NCBI GenBank assembly: GCA_964016885.1
Contig: OZ024760.1
Span: 8,060,001 to 8,124,000, forward strand
Origin: Eledone cirrhosa
Lineage: Eukaryota
Direction of reading: 5' to 3'
DNA length: 64,000 bases
Shown here: one piece after another, positions 60,277 to 64,000 of the stretch
Layout: every line of letters begins with the position of its first letter
Numbering within the stretch: position 1 is the stretch's first letter
The notes under the pieces: model-generated
Databases searched by the model: none
The model's input: only the letters and a program-made list of their open reading frames with translations
Told to the model about the DNA's origin: nothing
Made by a program: the position numbers and the translations under genes

Positions 60277-60290
60277 ATATATATATTATA

Positions 60291-60333
<43 letters not shown>

Positions 60334-60632
60334 ATATATATTATATATATATATATAATATATAAAAACAAATAACGAAACGAAATTAAATTTCGTTTCG
60401 TTTGTAACTCACTTTTGTATGACTGACGCTTAAAAAGCGTCAGTCATACAAAAGTGAGTTACAAACGAAACGAAATTTAATTTCGTTTCGTTATTTGTTT
60501 TTATCGTCTCCGTTGAACCGGTACGTACTCACGCTCTATGCAAGTTAGTCTGCCCACTACTAATTTTCATAGAAAAAGCATATAACGATATGTGCTTTTA
60601 CGATTCTCTAGAAAGGCCGGAAGATGGGTAAA

Positions 60633-60673
60633 TGTTGCTGATGAGATGTAACAACATCGAAACTAGTCCAATA
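60633..60673 (+). ncRNA. Type I hammerhead ribozyme (retrozyme unit 1)
   Basis: tgttg CTGATGA gatgt-aaca-acatc GAAA ctag TC caata: intact core, 5-bp stem II, palindromic stem III ACTAGT, GUC cleavage triplet. Confidence 0.9.
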
Positions 60674-61098
60674 TTCCTTGTCTGGCTTTCTGGAGAATAG
60701 AGGAAAGGTGTTTCCTCAAAAACCAGTATGACTCTAAAAACCGGTTTGTCTGTGTGTTTACATACAGAATGGCTGGACACTCATAGTAAAGTGACCAGTG
60801 AAAAACTCGGTACATCTACATATGTACACGTGTGTGTATTCATATGCATACTAGTATTTCAGTATACATATGTGGATGTACATTTTTAACTTAATTGTTT
60901 AAGCGTCAGTCATACAAAAGTGAGTTACAAACGAAACGAAATTTAATTTCGTTTCGTTATTTGTTTTTATCGTCTCCGTTGAACCGGTACGTACTCACGC
61001 TCTATGCAAGTTAGTCTGCCCACTACTAATTTTCATAGAAAAAGCATATAACGATATGTGCTTTTACGATTCTCTAGAAAGGCCGGAAGATGGGTAAA

Positions 61099-61139
61099 TG
61101 TTGCTGATGAGATGTAACAACATCGAAACTAGTCCAATA
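61099..61139 (+). ncRNA. Type I hammerhead ribozyme (retrozyme unit 2)
   Basis: Identical to 60633-60673, 466 nt downstream. Confidence 0.9.
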
Positions 61140-61391
61140 TTCCTTGTCTGGCTTTCTGGAGAATAGAGGAAAGGTGTTTCCTCAAAAACCAGTATGACTC
61201 TAAAAACCGGTTTGACTGTGTGTTTACATACAGAATGGCTGGACACTCATAGTAAAGTGACCAGTGAAAAACTCGGTACATCTACATATGTACACGTGTG
61301 TGTATTCATATACATACTAGTATTTCAGTATACATATGTGGATGTACATTTTTAACTTAATTGTATAATATATATATATTATATATATATA

Positions 61392-61445
<54 letters not shown>

Positions 61446-61642
61446 TGTTTAACCAATCCCGAATAATGATAGTAATTATGATGATGATGATTTAGGCAGT
61501 ACATTACTGGTACTTTATTTTATCGAACCCGTAAGGATGGAAGGCAAAGTTAACCTCGGCGGGATTTGAACTCAGAATGCAAAGGGAAGTGTCCGACGCT
61601 CTACTGATTCTGGGAATCTATTGCCCTAATAGTAATACTAAT

Positions 61643-62682
61643 AACCACCACTACCACCATCACTATCATCACCATCACCACCATCATCAACACCACCACC
61701 ACCACCACCACCGACACCACCACCACGAATACCACCACCACCACCATCACCACCACGACCATCCCCACCACCACCACGACCATTATCACGACCACCACCA
61801 TCACCACCATTATCCCCACCACCACGACCATCCCCACCACCATCACGACCATTATCCCCACCACCACCACCACCACGACCATCCCCACCACCATCACGAC
61901 CATTATCACCACCATTATCACCACCACCACCACCATTATCACCACCACCACCATTATCACCACCACCACCACCACCACCATTATCGCCACCACCACCACC
62001 ACCATTATCGCCACCACCACCACCACCATTATCGCCACCACCACCACCACCATTATCGCCACCACCACCACCACCATTATTATCACCACCACCACCACCA
62101 CCATTATTATCACCACCACCACCACCACCATTATCCCCACCACCACCACCACCACGACCATCCTCACCACCATCACGACCATTATCACCACCATTATCAC
62201 CACCACCACCACCATTATCACCACCACCACCATTATTATCACCACCACCACCACCACCATTATCCCCACCACCACCACCATTATCCCCACCACCACCACC
62301 ATTATCCCCACCACCACCACCACCACCATTATCACCACCACCACCACCACCACCACCATTATCACCACCACCACCACCACCATTATCCCCACCACCACCA
62401 CCACCATTATCACCACCACCACCATTATCACCACCACCATTATCACCACCACCACAACCATTATCCCCACCACCACCACCACCACCATTATCACCACCAC
62501 CACCACCACCATTATCCCCACCACCACCACCACCACCATTATCACCACCACCACCACCACCACCATTATCACCACCACCACCACCACCACCATTATCACC
62601 ACCACCACCACCACCATTATTATCACCACCACCACCACCACCATTATCCCCACCGCCACCACCACCACCACCACCACCACCT
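61643..62682. repeat. (CAC)n-cattat compound minisatellite
   Basis: Poly-His/Gly/Val ORFs in three frames arise from cac repeats punctuated by cattat. Confidence 0.9.
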
Positions 62683-62875
62683 CCTACATGTGCCGTGTCC
62701 GGGCGTATTTGCCTTGGCTCTCCCACTCTGTTCTGTATTTTAGTTTTCACAACTTTTATAATTTAATGAAAAATAAATCTAATTGTTGCCGGATTATTTG
62801 CAAACGACGGACTTGAGAAATTTTTTGGACGTCTGCCCCATTTCCTCCGGATAGATAGATATGTATTCAATTTAG

Positions 62876-62920
<45 letters not shown>

Positions 62921-63438
62921 TATATATATATACATACATATATCTATATATATATGTCTATATATGCGTGTATATATATATATATATATGTCTATATATG
63001 TATATATATATAGATGTCTATATATGTGTATGTATATATATATATATATGTCTATATATGTGTATGTATATATATATATATAGATGTCTATATATGTGTG
63101 TGTGTGTGTGTGCATATATATATATATGCATATATATGAGTGTGTATATATATATATATATATGCATATATATGAGTGTGTATATATATATATATATATG
63201 CATATATATGAGTGTGTATATATATATATATATATGCATATATATATGTATGTATATATATATATATATATGCATATATATATGTATGTATATATATATA
63301 TATGCATATATATATGTATGTATATATATATATATGCATATATATATGTGTGTGTATATATGTATATATATATGTATGTATATATATATATATATGCATA
63401 TATATATGTATGTATATATATACATATATATATATATG

Positions 63439-63482
<44 letters not shown>

Positions 63483-63494
63483 TATATATATATG

Positions 63495-63530
<36 letters not shown>

Positions 63531-63546
63531 TATATATATATGCACA

Positions 63547-63577
<31 letters not shown>

Positions 63578-63582
63578 GCATA

Positions 63583-63672
<90 letters not shown>

Positions 63673-63792
63673 TATATATATATATGTATGTGTATATATA
63701 TATACATATATATATACATATATGTATGTATATATGAATGTGTATATATATATACATATATGTATGTATATATGTATGTGTGTGTATATGTA

Positions 63793-63857
<65 letters not shown>

Positions 63858-64000
63858 AATAAAGAAGGTTTATTTATTACTAATTAAAGATGGATTCTTC
63901 CTCTGTCCCTCTGGTGTGGGAGGCTACAACCACCAACGAAGAAGCAAGCGCCAATCACACCCCCAAGATAAACACTTAGAATTAGTATTAGAAACGAAGA

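Larger units (their letters stand above)
60435..61364 (+). mobile_element. Tandem dimer of a 466-bp hammerhead-containing unit (candidate non-LTR retrozyme or tandem Penelope pseudo-LTR)
   Basis: Units 60435-60900 and 60901-61364 are almost identical and each carries a complete HHR. An inverted copy of the unit start lies at 60362-60432. (TA)n flanks both sides. Confidence 0.8.

Noticed and set aside
61577-62750. His-rich (388 aa) and Gly/Asp/Asn-rich (370 aa) ORFs resembling beak or shell structural proteins
   Set aside because: Pure (CAC)n minisatellite, open in three frames. The plus-strand ORF starts inside a SINE and no convincing signal peptide or splice context is visible.

Overview
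This is AT-rich, microsatellite-dense eukaryotic DNA. The SINE, RTE and (TA)n/(CA)n/(TATG)n content looks cephalopod (octopus-like), which is an inference. Nearly all long ORFs in the track are microsatellite artefacts. One real gene is supported on the minus strand: three coding exons (50028-49338, 20302-19790, 10369-10080), all joined by phase-1 GT-AG introns, giving 497 aa. It encodes a predicted secreted protein: signal peptide, Pro/Thr/Ser stalk, truncated spondin-type TSP1 repeat, then a VWA domain with a degenerate MIDAS. Introns and flanks hold tRNA-SINEs, RTE/CR1-like LINE ends, Helitron and MITE remnants, and SINE-derived satellites. The most striking non-coding signal is about 20 minimal type I hammerhead ribozyme (HHR) motifs from at least 6 sequence families, typical of Penelope-like pseudo-LTRs and retrozymes. 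Many sit in long fold-back palindromes that all share the same polarity and abut (TA)n tracts. A 466-bp tandem dimer at 60435-61364 has a canonical GUC hammerhead in each unit and is a candidate circRNA-producing retrozyme.
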